Of a DNA stretch of 63,410 nucleotides, positions 36,501 to 49,641 are shown piece after piece. The notes below the pieces were generated by a model, which was not told the origin of the DNA, searched no databases, and saw only the letters and a list, made by a program, of their open reading frames with translations. The position numbers were made by a program, and so were the translations under genes. The stretch is from Lama guanicoe (taxonomy: Eukaryota), in the NCBI GenBank assembly GCA_013239625.1, contig MU053934.1, forward strand, positions 582,074-645,483, written 5' to 3'. Position 1 is the stretch's first letter, and each line of letters opens with the position of its first letter.

Positions 36501-37874
36501 CCGTGATTGCTGCTACGGTTATTTTAAATGCTGTGCATCACTTCTGGCTGAGAGTCCTTTCCTGTACCCTTCATTGGCTCTCATCCCCTTTACCTGCCAG
36601 AGCCCAAAAGCAGGCGAGAGAAAGGAGCAGGGTGGCCCAAGAGCTCTTGAAAAATGGCCTCAGGTGATTACTTTCTGAGACCCCTGGACGAGGCTGAACA
36701 GAGAAAGCTGGTGCCCACCCCCCAGCAAACCCCATCCCTGGGAGCTGTTTGTCTTCTAATTTTCCCAAACACAACCACCAGGAGGGAGAGGGGGAGAAAC
36801 AGTGCAGAGGCTCCACGTAATAATGACAACGACAAAAGCCGGTACTGATGGAGTGCTTTCTGCATCCCAGCACCTGTCCTAAGCATTACACACACGTTAA
36901 CAGGCTTAATGAGCTCAAAAATGCTGTTTCAACAGGGCTTATGGACAAACCCGAGCAGAAGGAAAAGGAAAATGTCCAGAAGCACAAGCCAGAGAAAGCA
37001 TCCCTTGGTGGGTACTAGGTCAGACCTCTGCTGGAAAAGCAGCAGGGCTCCCTGAAGCAAGCAACCAGCGCCCATGCCAAGTGCAAGTTCATGAAGCGTT
37101 GTTGGTGCCTGGATCACATGAACCATCTCAGAAGCCCAGGCTTCATCTATCACTCCTGCGTGATTCGCTAAGCAGACCTATTCATGCAGCACCAACGCCT
37201 GGCTTACACGGGCACTGTAATAAAAATCCAAATGGACCTCACAAATACTAGAGGCAATAATAAATATTCCAACATAAGCACATGGTTATCCAGCAAAGAG
37301 TCTCTGGGCACCGACGCCGAGCTTCTGCCCAAATTCATCCAGTCCTCCTGAGCCACTCCCCATCCCTGCCTGATACTTTCTCCATCAATTATAATTGCAG
37401 TGCTGCGACTGGTTCTCTAGGAACGTGGAACGGTGTGAAGCCTAGTAAACAGAAGCCACAGTCCAGGGCTCCGTCAGCAGCTAGGGACCAAAGCCACAGC
37501 CAGAAAGTGTAAAACACTTGAGGATAAGGCCTTCCATCAAACACTTGAAGCAAAGGTGTGTTTTGGATTGTCTGATGATGCCTCCCAAGGACTGACCTTC
37601 TCCATCAGGGTTTAAAGCGCCTAAGAGGAGAGGAACGAGGAGGCTGAGGATCTGACGAAACGGAAAACACACAGAAAAGCAGCAAAAAAACAGAAAAGGC
37701 AGCAAATAGAAGAGGGATGGGGGTGAGGGTCGTGGCAACACAGCAGTGGAGATTACACAGACCAGGAGAAGGGGAGCGACTGGGTCCATCAAGCCCTCCC
37801 AGCCCCCTTGATGGGTGAGACTTGAGGGCTTGCCCGGAGAGATTGCTCATCTGGAGAAACCGTAAGGGCCCCTT

Positions 37875-38003
37875 CTCCACCTCCACCACCTCCATCCCCT
37901 TCGTCACCTCCACCTCCACCACCTCCACCTCCTCCACTTCCAAATCCATCATTTTTAACTCCTTCACCTCCAACACCTCCACCTCCTCCACCTACCCCAC
38001 CAC
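37875..38003. repeat. (CCA/CCT)n-type low-complexity repeat
   Basis: ctccacctccaccacctcc units directly visible; gives the S/T-rich and E/V-rich ORFs. Confidence 0.85.
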
Positions 38004-38429
38004 CTATACCAGCTTCCTTGAAGGCATCAGTGGGCCCCAGGGAAGACCCACTGCCACCTGGTCATCGGCAAGGGGGCATGCATGCTTCAGATGTGGGACT
38101 AACTTGGGGAGCTAATACATACCCACTCCAGGTACCCCTGAGTTCAGTGTAATACTCAAGGTTCAGCAAGAAAGGGTTACATTATGCCTAGCCAGCAAAT
38201 TCAATCCAAATCCAGCAAATCCAAAATCACCACCACCACCCACCACTTATCGGGTAGACAGCGTGATCCAGGCACACGGTAAAACACTGAAGAGTCCCCA
38301 GAGCCATAAGGTACGGTCTTTACTGAAGGGCTCCCACACTCTGGCACACCAGCCAGCCGGAAGCCCCGGGAACATGGTGCGGAAAGCGCGGCGGCAGAAG
38401 CCAGTACAAGGAGAGATGTGGCTCAGAGC

Positions 38430-38780
38430 CCCAAATCAGGAGAAAAGCTTGAAGGCTAGAGCGCCTGAGCTGGGTTTTGAAGGAAAACCAGAAGTGTCCA
38501 AGCAGATAAAGAGGGAAAGAACTTATAAGGCAAAAGGAGAGGTATGTGCGCAGCTGGGCAGGTTTGGGGGGGAGGGCTGATAATCAGAAAGGAAGAAAAA
38601 TAATGAGTTAGGGTTCGGTGACGCATGCAGTAGGGGGAGGCAGCGGGGAGCGAGAGACGAGGCTGCAGAGAGAGGCAGGGGCCAGTTCACAGCAAGCTTG
38701 GTGTGTCTTGATAAGGAAGCTGGATGTTTTCCAGTGGCTGATAGTGAGCCAGTGAGGGTAAATACACAGAACATTCTAGA
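38430..38780 (-). mobile_element. L2 fragment
   Basis: cctgagctgggttttgaagga..aggcaaaaggagaggtatgtgc..gaggctgcagagagaggcaggggccag..agtgagccagtgagg. Confidence 0.55.
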
Positions 38781-40504
38781 AAAGCCCCTGTTCTTTAAAG
38801 CTTGAAAAGAAAGGCTCTATCTATGAGGAATCAGCCTATCCTATTGGAAAAATTCTGTTAGCCACAATGGCTTACTCCACAATTCTGAAAAGGGGGTACT
38901 GTAATGTGTAATGTCCGCGGGCTGAGACACGCCCCCCCATCACGGGAAGCACAGCTCAGCTTCAGCATTGAGGTGGATCCGGGGCCCAGATGCCAGGGCT
39001 CCAAGCAGTTCCCTCCCAGCCCTCCACAGCGGCTTTGGGGGCCCCTCGTGAAGAAGAGAAGGATTTTCTACATTACATCCCTTATGGGGCATCATCCCAG
39101 ACTAGAAGAAAGGTTACTGTATAACCCTGTGCTCACCTGAACACATGTCCCCCACGAGGGGCCCCAGGGCGGACGCTGTCCCCCAAGCCCTGTCCCCAAG
39201 TCCAACCAAGCCAGGGAAGAAAGCGTGATTCTAAGAACGGCTGCTTCTGTCACAGCAGACTTTCATTCCAATGAGGTCACTTTCCAGGGGGCAATGAAAA
39301 CCGTCTCAGACTTCAGTACCAATGACTAGGGCTGGAGAAAAGTTCAGAAGCTTCCCTCGGCTTCCATCCAACTGTGCACCAGCTCGAGCCCAGCGGACTT
39401 TAGAACTTCGTGTACGAACTAAGTGCAAAAGCCTGTTAGGGGACCTCCCAGCTTCCCTCTCTCCCCACTCCAATCCAGCCCCAGTACTGCTACTCATCTT
39501 CCTAAAAACAGAGCTCTGAACACATCCTCTTCCCGATCAAAAGTCGCCCTGCCTCCAAAAGCCCACAGCCCCAACCCAGCTCGCCAACTTCCTCTCCGAC
39601 TCCTCGCTAACAGAAACCCAAGCCGACTTCTTCTGTAACTCCGAAACACACATTTGTGCATTTGTTAACCGAAGCTGGCCCCTCTACCTCCCTTGTATTC
39701 CTCTATTCAAATTTTAATTATCCTGTGTCCAAAGACCCAAGTCAAACCCAACCTCCGCTGAGTTTCAGCAGCTCAAGTAGACGCCCACCTCTGACTTCCC
39801 AGCAACGCTGGGCTCCCGTGAGCCACGACCGTTCACTGCACTGCCACTTCCTTCCCACTGTTTGCTATGAACTGTTCATTTGAATCTTCTATTGTGGTTT
39901 AACTTATCATACATTTTTTTTCCCAACTACGTTGCTTGAGGGCAAGGACAGAAGGCTTTCAATTTAACTTAATAAATGTTCACTGAAGGGTTCCTAAGTG
40001 CTCAGGAGTGTAGCAGGATGGGTGTGAACCGAGTCCCAGTGCTTTAAGGCGCTGACACGGAGGGAATAAGCAGAGTATAAAGACATTAATGATGTCAAGT
40101 GGAAGAGGCCTTTGGGGTGTCTTAAGTAACGCCCACTCCCCCAACCCTGGCTCTATCCTGTCTCCTATTCACTGAAACCCAGCTCGAACACTCTCTCCTT
40201 TACTCCCTCAAGCAGAATGCTACCCAAGACACTGCCCACAGCCCTCCGTCCACGCCTCTGTTAGCACTGACCTCCCTCACCAAGACAAGGCTATTAGCTG
40301 CTGCAGACAGGGGATCTCCTCACCTCTGCATTCCTGATGTCCAGCCAAGACCTCACAGAGCGGGGAGTTTAGTGGGTGTTGGCTGATGAATGAATGCTGG
40401 CTTAGTAGATGCAGACTAGAAAGAGCAGGGTCTGTAGGCAGCGAGGAGAGATTCTGCCCAGAGACGAGGGCGGCACTGAGGGCAGACTGAGGAGTGAGAA
40501 CAGC

Positions 40505-40660
40505 TGTTGGTTCCTGGCTTCAGGGCTGTGGGACCTGAGTGAGCCTCACCTCCCACATCCGGAAAATGGGACAGCAAGACCACCCACCTCATGGGGTAGC
40601 TCTAAGGATGAAATGGAAGAGAACGATGGAAGAGTCCCTGGCACAAAAGCGACACACAAA
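40505..40660 (+). mobile_element. MIR SINE
   Basis: gagcctcacctcccacatccggaaaatggg..cccacctcatggggtagctctaaggatgaaatg..cctggcaca. Confidence 0.65.
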
Positions 40661-43600
40661 TATCCTTCTGGGTGTGGGAAGGCAGAGCCACTGGCTGCAC
40701 AAGGCAGTCAGGAGGCCTGGGTTCTGGTCCTGCGTGCCCTCTGCATGATTCTCTTTACCTCCCCAGCCGTAGTTCCCACAGCTGTGAAATGGTGGTGTGG
40801 GTCTAGCGGGCTCAAAGGTCTCCCCCAGCTCCGGAGGCCTCTCAGCGCTGCAGCTCTGCCTTACACGGAGCAGGCATCGGTGAGGGCTTCCGGAATCGCA
40901 CAGCCCAAGTGGGAGTGAGTCAACTCCACGGAGCAAGGCGAGAAGATGCCGAGATGGCAGAGGAGAATTCTCCCTCCTGGAGGCCCCGCCTCCAAACGTG
41001 GGAGGCCTGGCCCATCCACATCTAAGCCACTCCACATTCATCTCCAGCACCGCAGAGATCACCACCCGCAGTCCATCCTAAGGTCTGCTGTCCCTAAGAC
41101 ACTTGTCCAGGCACCTTCAAGGCAGCCTGACATGAACGTGGGAACAAGCGTTAGAGCCTTCCATCTCATGTCAGATAAGTCAAAATCCCTACAAACTGAG
41201 AGGAACAAAAACACACGAGGCATTCCGGTACTGTACTTTCTCTGCCTTTTTACAGAGCCATCAATGTCTGAACCACAACAATGATCTCTAAGAGAATTCA
41301 TCTGGCTGATCTGAAATGTCCTTCACATTTTTAAAATAACAGCTGACGGAGGAGGCCTGAAGGAATCCAAAGTCTGCAAGTCTACCGGTATCCACTCACC
41401 TCTCCCTCCCCATCACTCGCATCCCAGGGGGCTGGAAACGCAACTGGCTATTACTCAGAAAGCTCAATCATTCTGTGTGGACACGACAACTTATTCAGTG
41501 CAGACCCACTAAGCGCCAGGCACCACTCCTGGTGGCGAGAAAAGCCCCACCCTGCTTATCACTCTGCCTGTGCCTCTCTTGGCTCCTGAAGCAACCCTGA
41601 AATACCATGCCCAGATGAGAGCTGACATCAGTCAAGGAGGCTGGGACACAAATAGTGTTGGCAGATTAAGGATCTCTGCAACTGTTCTGGAAACCAGAGG
41701 GGAGAGGGGATGGGTCCCAGTCAGCCACAAAAATGTTAACCTTAATAATAACAAATATGTGTTTAATATATCCAAGGCACTTCCTAACCACAGAAGAACA
41801 CTGAAGAGTTCGTGAGTCCCTGCTGAATTTAAATTTATTTTAAAAAAAGGAAGAATGAAGTCCCCACATGCCCATGTTCTGCAGTAAATCCTCCCAAATT
41901 CTAACGCTCTCATGGGGAGCTGGAAAGACCAGCAAGTCCTGTCTTTCCACTTGGCCTTGGTACTTCAAAAAGGGACTATGTTAAGAGCAAGCTGGTCCCA
42001 GCAGTCAGGGCTCCATCTCCATCTGCGTTTGCTGCCCGCCCAAGGCACAGCCCGGTGATGTGACGAGAGAGGCTAAAATTACCAGGGAGACTGCACTCCG
42101 TTCTAGCCCCAGCCTGTGATTACCCATGACTCCAGGTTGCCCCAAACTACCTCTGGAACCTTACACGCCTTCCATGCGCTTTCATTCCTAGAACCAATTC
42201 TTCTCCGGGAACTTCCAGAAGAGATAAAGGAACAAAAAAACAAAACAAAACAAAAAAACCCCAAAAGCCCTAGATATTTCTGTGGTGGGGAAGGAAGAGC
42301 CAGCCAGAGAACGTGATTTTGATTTCTTTTTTTTTTTCCAAATGTCTCGTGCACACCGCCTCTACTGTATACTCAGGCAGAACAAAATTAATTCCGTGTT
42401 TCTGCAACTAGGCAAACTCAGAATCCTAGAAAAACTCTTCCCTAATTTACTTTTGAAACCACTTCTGTTCTTGATATATTCTTGGAGGTAGGATGTGGGG
42501 GTGGTTATGGAACTCACGCAGGTGGGGACTCAGGACGCCTATCTCCAGGAAGTTAAATCACCAACCTGCCTCCCAGCAAGTCAGTCAGCAAAGTAATACT
42601 ACGTGGTCGGTCAGTGGTTACAAAGTTCATGTAACTGCTAGGGGTACCTTTCTGTAATACAGCTCAGTATGAGGCTCCTTGGCAGATGAATCTGGTGAGT
42701 TATTTGTTCAAACGCTGAAAAGTTTATATCTGAAAAATCCTTGGTTTTACGTAACAGGTAAAGCTCCCAAAAGTATCCGTCCTGATTATGTTAACCAAAT
42801 AATTTGAGACACAAGAACTGACTATGAAAAAAGAGACTGGCTATGTATCCTTTTTGTAAAATCAAAATCCTTTTGTACCCCAAAGAGTTACTTGTGTTAA
42901 ATTATTTGCTTTTAAAATCAGATCGATAAGCCAAATTCTTCTAAAATAGGGCATTCCTCCAGTTAGCATCCACATTGAAATAATAATGTAACAAATGTCA
43001 TATTTACATTACACTTGCTTCAAGCCTCTTCGTTCCAATAAGCACTGCCCTCTACACCAGATCATCACTGCCAGAGTGGTGAGGAGTCCTCTTTCTAGCA
43101 ACACAAACTGGGAGGCATAAGGTTAAGCTGGTTTGCATTCTCCCTGATGTGTACTGCTATGCAATGGCTTTCTGCGTCTATTTTGCTTCCCAACATCCCT
43201 CCTCTCCACACTCACTCCATAGCTCCCTTATAAGGTAACCTCCCTGGCCAAATGAGAGGGCTCCCCTTCCCATGTTAGAGTGCAGACTTTGCAAAATTCC
43301 AAGGGGTCAACTGATTTTTTATCTACTTAATTTGGAAATAATAGTAATTTTCAGCATTGCTTTTTATCTCAAAGCACTTCACCCTCAATTAGTCCTCAAA
43401 TAGGGAACATTCCCAAACCCACTGGTTTCCATAACACGTAAGAAGTTAGCAAGCAAGGCCAGCGACTCAGGAATGGCCTAACTGCTACGTCCTAATGCAA
43501 TCTAGAATTTCACAGAATCTACAACCAACACAGCAAAGCCTTGTTGATTCCTTTCTTCAGCATTGCATGCTTGACATTTCAAGGTAGCGTACACCTTTCA

Positions 43601-43734
43601 ACTGGTTGGACCCCTTCCCATTTCAGAGCTAGAAAGCTAGAAAACCTAACCAGTCTGAGCTTTTCAGTAATTCAGGCCAGCCCCTTCTCTGGGCCTCTAC
43701 ATACCTAGTTACAAAACAGAAAACTCATTTAAGT

Positions 43735-43830
43735 ATGGAGACAGCACCTGAAACCCAGAGAGGTCAAGAAGTATTCTAAGGTCACACAGCAAGTTAGCAT
43801 AGGATGATGCAAGACTAGAACCCGGATCTC
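43735..43830 (-). mobile_element. MIR fragment
   Basis: ctgaaacccagagaggtcaag..ctaaggtcacacagcaagttag..gactagaacccgg. Confidence 0.65.
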
Positions 43831-43892
43831 TCCATTTTACTTAAACCACCCTGCCTCCCATTCAGCTTAACTCAGGGAAGGATGATAAAAAC

Positions 43893-43893
<1 letters not shown>

Positions 43894-43926
<33 letters not shown>
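43894..43926. repeat. (CA)16 microsatellite
   Basis: Directly visible. Confidence 0.95.
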
Positions 43927-43928
<2 letters not shown>

Positions 43929-45431
43929 CTGATTCTTCTGCCATTGTGCTTCTGGCTCCCGTTTCTAAAAAACTAGATACTTTTGACCCTGGGGATGACC
44001 CTGCTGCAACTGTGGTTTCCATTCTCTCTGACATCCTCTTCGGTAGCTACAGCGTTGCTGCTTCTCATTCTTACTATACAGTTTCCTCATCCCCCAAAAC
44101 ACACATATAATGCACGCACACATCCATCCTCCATTATAAAACCCTTCCTTTTCCAACAGCAAAGGAAATTTGGGCCAGGACTGATTCAAACACAAGAACC
44201 TTGTTCAAGTGTGAAACGCAACCATCACTCTACCCAGAAGCAAATCTGACAAAACGGAATCTGGTCTCACAGAGAAGAATTTGTCCCCCACACTCCATCA
44301 TTTGTCAAGTAACGTTGTCATTTCTCCCACTGCTGCATAATCACATAATGAAAGCCCCTGAATGGAAGTCACGTACACAAGAGGGCAGACTTATGGTTGA
44401 TAAGGGACCCTTTCTTTATCTGCATCGCTAGTAGTTTTTTAAAGAACAGGCAAAATGCTATATGGAGACGGATAAAGGGCAAAAGAGAAAATTTCTTTTT
44501 CTGTTTTTAATAACAATGTGGGATAATCAAACAGTACTCTTGGACCTCATCCAGCACTATTCTTGTCACTGCTTGACTACATGGAGCATGAAACTAGGAA
44601 TCCTATGAAATTATTTCCCTGTTAACACTAAGCTTCCCTCTTCCAGAACATCTCATCTTCCAGCCACATTATTGACCACTCTCCATTCACGCTACAGACT
44701 TTAAGGTTTCCATGCTGCCCTTTTTGCCTGGGATTCCCTCCCATTCTACTGTCCTGGCAAACTCAAGCTCATCCTCTGAACAAACCTGTACCAAAGGAGC
44801 TGATTGTAATGGCTCACTGTCTGCCTCCCCTCAAAAGACTACAAACTAAATGTGGACCCTCTGTAGCCCCCACATGGAGCATGGTATCTGCTACACAACT
44901 GATGTTCAGTTATTATTTGTTGAGTTAAACGGAGAAAAGTCTCCTAAAATACATTGAATTAAGCCTTAACTTTACTGGCTGCTGCCTACTGCTCTCCAAA
45001 TGTCAGTGTGGTCAGGGAGGAACAGAGAACCTGAGCACCTCTCGATGTCAAATGCTCTGGAGCCGAGCAGCAAAGCCAACACCAGCAGACTCTGGGAGAC
45101 GGCTGAATCGCCACGGTGTGTCAGTGGTGGGGTGCCTGGAGCTCTCAGTCCCCCAGGTCTTACACCACTGAGCCCACGTGCTGCCTCCTCTCTGAGACTC
45201 TCTGGCTGCAAGGACACCTTCATCACATTCACGGACCCTAAGGAAGGCCAGAATCCCACCTTGACTTCTTACGGTACCTCCGCCATCGGCTTCCCTGAAA
45301 TTCACAAGGCTTCACTCGTGCTTTAAGATCACGGTCGTATCTTCTCTAGGACCATTTTTCACTAGTTCATGTTCAATGGCAAATTTAACAGTATTTTTCT
45401 GTTCCAATCTCTTCCTCCTTGGCTATACTGC

Positions 45432-45477
45432 ACCTATGAGAATCAGTCTATGAAGCCTTTGATAGCAGAAATAAAGC
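45432..45477 (+). repeat. Dispersed direct repeat, copy 1 (35 bp perfect plus short extension)
   Basis: ACCTATGAGAATCAGTCTATGAAGCCTTTGATAGC is identical to 46889-46923. Confidence 0.95.
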
Positions 45478-46133
45478 TTTATGCTGGCCATTTCCCCTTT
45501 ACCACAGTGATAGCTCCCCTCTAACTCCCTAAATATGTTCAATACATGTGGGTAAAGGATCACAAATGAAGTCTTCCCGACCCCAGAGTTCAGGGAAATG
45601 TAGCAACTCTTGCAAGTTCACAGATCTAAATACTGAATCTAATTCTGGATGCTGTGTTGGGTCTTTAATAATCCAATTTAAGTCCTAAACTTTGGCTACA
45701 TCCGCCTTTCTTTATGCCAGGATTCTTGGACTGTTTCTCCAACCTTTCCTATCTGCCCACCTCTGGAGTCAGCTTTGATGAGACTTGGCCACAGTGGGTA
45801 AGCCTGGGCAATGCGGCTTTGTTTTTCAGCAGAAAGAGAACTGTCTTCCAATTCTGCCGGAGGAAACCTAGACACTAATGATTTAATACTTTTAAAAGTG
45901 CAGAGAGAGCATCTGAAATGAAAATGCAACCACACTGTCAAATGTGATGTTACATCTGTACAAACACAAGGTATGTACTTTTAAGAGGATGACAGTGAGA
46001 AATTGTAAGTTTAAAGGAGTCGATACTAGACTCCATCTAGAACAAGGGTAGCCCAATATTATGAAGACTGCACAGGGGAGGTGCAGCCCCAAAAGCAGAA
46101 GGGGGAGTTTTGACTACAAACCCCCAGAGGAGA

Positions 46134-46293
46134 GGGAGGGTATAGCTTAGTGGCAGAGCACATGCTTAGCACGCACAAGGTCCTGGGTTCAATATTCAGT
46201 ACCTCCACTAAAAAAAAAAGTAATTAAAAATAAATAAATGAATAAACTTAATTACCACCTCCTCTCTTTAAAGCAAAACAAAACAAAAAAAAC
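46134..46293 (+). mobile_element. tRNA-Ala-derived SINE (vic-1-like)
   Basis: gggagggtatagcttagtggcagagcacatgcttagcacgcacaaggtcctgggttcaatattcagtacctcca, then aataaacttaattacc and an A-rich tail. Confidence 0.9.
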
Positions 46294-46888
46294 AGGGAAC
46301 TTAAAGTTAGCATGGTCTAATGCTCAAAGGCTGGAACGTGCAAAAGGTTCTGTCTCCCAGAAATGTGAAGCCCCCATGTACTTAGAGATTATTACTGAGC
46401 TTTTTTTCAGTCTCACAGGGTACTTTGCAGTTAACCTGTTCTGAGTTGCCCAAATGATACTTTAGATGTAGGCAGACCCATTACTTAACCGTTCAGAATC
46501 CACTCATTCGTGCAAGCACGCACTGGGTACCAAAAAGTTAGCTTCCTGAGCCTTAGAGATAAACCACGGCCTTTTGTAACATAGGTCCTAGTGTTCTCTT
46601 CATCAGTGCTGAAATAGAAAACTAGTCCCCCCTAGTGTCCTGCAACTGTAGGTGGCCGAAGGATGGAGACACTCCCACATTCTGCATCAACTTTCAAGCA
46701 CAGCTCAGGAACCCAGAACCAAGAGAAACCTTCACCTCCTTCCCAAGAGATGGAAGCACTCCTGAGACCTACAATAGGACAAAAAAAAAACAAAAACAAA
46801 AACAAAAACATCTTCATTTCATTCGCAAGGCCCTTCTAGTTATGTTTCAAAAAGAAAGCGGTCTGCATTATCCCACACCAAAAAGTTA

Positions 46889-46933
46889 ACCTATGAGAAT
46901 CAGTCTATGAAGCCTTTGATAGCCAAATAAAGC
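46889..46933 (+). repeat. Dispersed direct repeat, copy 2
   Basis: Identical 35-mer to 45432-45466; both copies are followed by AAATAAAGC. Confidence 0.95.
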
Positions 46934-48565
46934 ACACTTTATTAAGTGAAGTAACAGGGCCCACGCTTGTTAGTAGTGACTTCTGTCTACTTCAACATGA
47001 TTACCACCTTTTGTTTTTCCCACTAGGGAGATGGGTTTCCTTTCCCTGCCACTCCTGAGAACCCACTAAGACCTAAATCCTGATGATTCTGCCTCTCTCT
47101 TCCAATTAGTTTTTTTCCCTGGATGGAATTAACAGGGCCAGGCTTGATAAGCATGTGTTCTCCCTTAGCAATTTTCACTAAGGTGTAAAGTACTCTTGCA
47201 AAATAAAGGTACACTAAGAGATGTGTGAAACCTTAAAGCCAGGTGTTTTTTTTTTTTAATCTCCAGTGGGGACTCAGCATGCCCGTGAGTAATTCATTCA
47301 TGTCACCCATCTGTGAGAAATGAGAAAAGAAATCTCCACTTGCTCCTTTCCTAATTTAGAACCTTCCTTTATCTTAAGTCTATCAAAACTGACTCCAGAG
47401 GTGGGAAGGCAGGAGAAGTGAGAAAGAAAATTAACCTGAAGTGACTGCTGACAAGGAGTGAATAAGCATTTTGGGTTTCCACCCGAGTCTGAGAAGGATG
47501 GCACTGCATTTAGGGGAGGTGAACGTCCACCTGCCGCCTCTCCTCCCTCCCACCATGAAGGAAGCAGGAGCCCTGAGCCCTCTCTTGGGGCACTTGTGAC
47601 ATTCACAGAAAGTGTTAAGTTGCTACTTTGCTCCCTCAGGAGATCATTTTAATGGACTGAGTGCCAAAATTTACAGATTCGGAATTCACCAGAAACCTGC
47701 TCAACCGAGGTACATCAGCTTGCAGATGAAGAAAAACCCATCCGCATTAAACAGGGTCACCCGGGGGATGGATTCGATGCAAGAGAGACAATCTGTTCCC
47801 CCCTAAGTGACCCATTTAAAATCAGATGGTTCCAGGGAAGGCTCATAGGTTCAATAGATTTCAAACAGACGAGAGCAGGCTTGCAGGACTGAGGTTCCTT
47901 AAGAGGCAATAAGGCATCGAGCAAAATAACTTAAGGGCACACAAACTATGGAGTCGGTTACTCCACCCTTTAGAAACAGTGACATTCGCAAGACTGTCTG
48001 GATCGCTGTCCACTGATTACTCAACACAAGCAGCTTTGTCTAACAGGACTGACGCTGGTTGGGTTTCCTCTCTACAGCTATCGCTGCCACCCAACCGCTC
48101 TGTCCAATAGAGGGACTCGCAAGCTGTGGCTCTCACCCCAAATCGGCCTCAACTCCGCAACAAGGAGCAAAGAAAAGTTCTTCACAGCATCACACCAGAA
48201 AAAGCAGGTGGGGATCGCCCAAGAGGGACAGCTCCTAACACAGCAGGTTCCCCCAAAGCACAGGTGCACAGCTTGCAAGCTGCGGGGTAAGGGGGGTGGG
48301 CATCACCTCCTGGTGTTATCGGGTAATTCCTCCATGCTTCCCGTTAGCAGCCTGTTAGTCTCGGAGCAGGGTAGGTCCTGGGGGACAGCAGAAATTCGGC
48401 CAATTCTACCTTCCAGCCCAGGCGGCAGAGGATGTGCCCTCACTCCCTCCCTCTTCGCCAGCATCCTGAGGACAGGGGTTACCAGCTACAGGTTCGGAGA
48501 ACTTGTCCAGCGCCGCTCACCAGGGCGTCCCCGGGGCGGCCCTCTCGCACCCCCGGGGCTCTTAC

Positions 48566-48729
48566 CTTGGCCGTGACTGCCGCCAGGCAGAGGGAGACCG
48601 CGGAAGAGCTGAGTGGCGCCGCGGCGCTGCCGGCGCCTACGAGGCGCAGGGGTTCTGGGTCGGGGTCCCAGCAAGCGCTGCCCTAGTCCAAGCGGCGGTG
48701 CCCAGCGCAGACTTCAGGGACGCCCCCGC
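48566..48729 (-). other. Putative non-coding 5'UTR exon of a minus-strand gene (tentatively LARGE1, unverified)
   Basis: Strong donor CCAAG|GTAAGA (exon end 48566); possible acceptor ccctcctcgccgcgtttgcag| (AG at 48731-48730), or the exon may extend up to the TSS; no ATG in 48566-48729 on the minus strand. Confidence 0.55.
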
Positions 48730-49517
48730 CTGCAAACGCGGCGAGGAGGGTCTCGGCCGCCCAAGAGGATCACTGTCCCTTCTTCCTCTCCCTCCGGCGC
48801 TGCTGCCTGGAGCTGCTCCCTGCCTCGAGGACTCTTCCGAGCCGGGGGCGCCCCGCATGGGCAAGGGCCTGGGTCCGCCTCTGGGCCGGGTCCGGGGACG
48901 GGGCACTGGGGGGAGACACGGGGCAGCCGCCAGGGCCGGCTCCACCTCTCGCGCTCCCCACCGCTTCGCCCCTTCAAGGCAGGGCCTGCCCGATCCCAGC
49001 CCGGCCAGGCGAGCGCGGCCGCGCCCCCAGCTTCAGGCGCCCGGGTTCCCGCGCGGCGGCAACGGGGCAGCGGGGCAGCGGCAGTCTGGCCGGCCGGGCA
49101 CCGAGTGCGGCGGCGGGGGGGTTGCAGCCGGCCGCGGCGCCCCCTCCCCCCGGGCCTGCGCCGCCCGCCCGCGGCTCCGCGGTGAGGAGGCGCTGGAGAG
49201 GGCCTCGCCCCGGCCTGGAGAGCGGGGCCAGGGGCGCGGGGCCGGGGGAGGCGCCCCGGGAAGGTCACCGGAGCGGAGGCGGAGCGCAACGCGGTGGGTG
49301 CAGGGAACCGAGGCGGGCGGCCCCGCTGCAGCCGGGAGCGCTCGCCGGCCTCGGCCGCCGCCGCCTCAGAAACGCGCCGGCTTCCCCGAGCGCCCGGCAC
49401 TCGGAGCTGGGCGGCCGCTGCAGCCGCCTCCGGCAGCCCGGCGCCGCTGGCCGGAGCCGGCGCGCAATCCCCGCCTCCCGCGCCCGGCCAGGCGGGAGCC
49501 GCCGCGCGGGGGCCGGC

Positions 49518-49540
49518 NNNNNNNNNNNNNNNNNNNNNNN
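49518..49540. other. Assembly gap (23 N)
   Basis: N run at the most GC-rich point of the island. Confidence 0.99.
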
Positions 49541-49579
49541 AGCTTGGGGGGACGGTGAGCCTGGGCCGGGCTCCGAGCG

Positions 49580-49641
49580 GGGGCGGGGCCAGCGCCCGCC
49601 TCGGCGCCCGCCCCCACCCCGTGACGGCGCGGCCGGCCAAT
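49580..49641. promoter_or_regulatory. Proximal promoter motifs: Sp/KLF GC boxes, half-CRE, NF-Y CCAAT
   Basis: GGGGCGGGGC 49580-49589; CCCGCCCCCACCCC 49607-49620; TGACG 49622-49626; GGCCAATGG with CCAAT at 49637-49641. Confidence 0.65.

Larger units (their letters stand above)
1..48565 (-). other. Inferred long 5' intron of a minus-strand gene whose promoter is the 48.5-50.8 kb CpG island
   Basis: Strong minus-strand donor (GTAAGA starting at 48565) at the CpG-island edge; no recognisable coding exon in the following 48 kb. Inference only. Confidence 0.55.
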
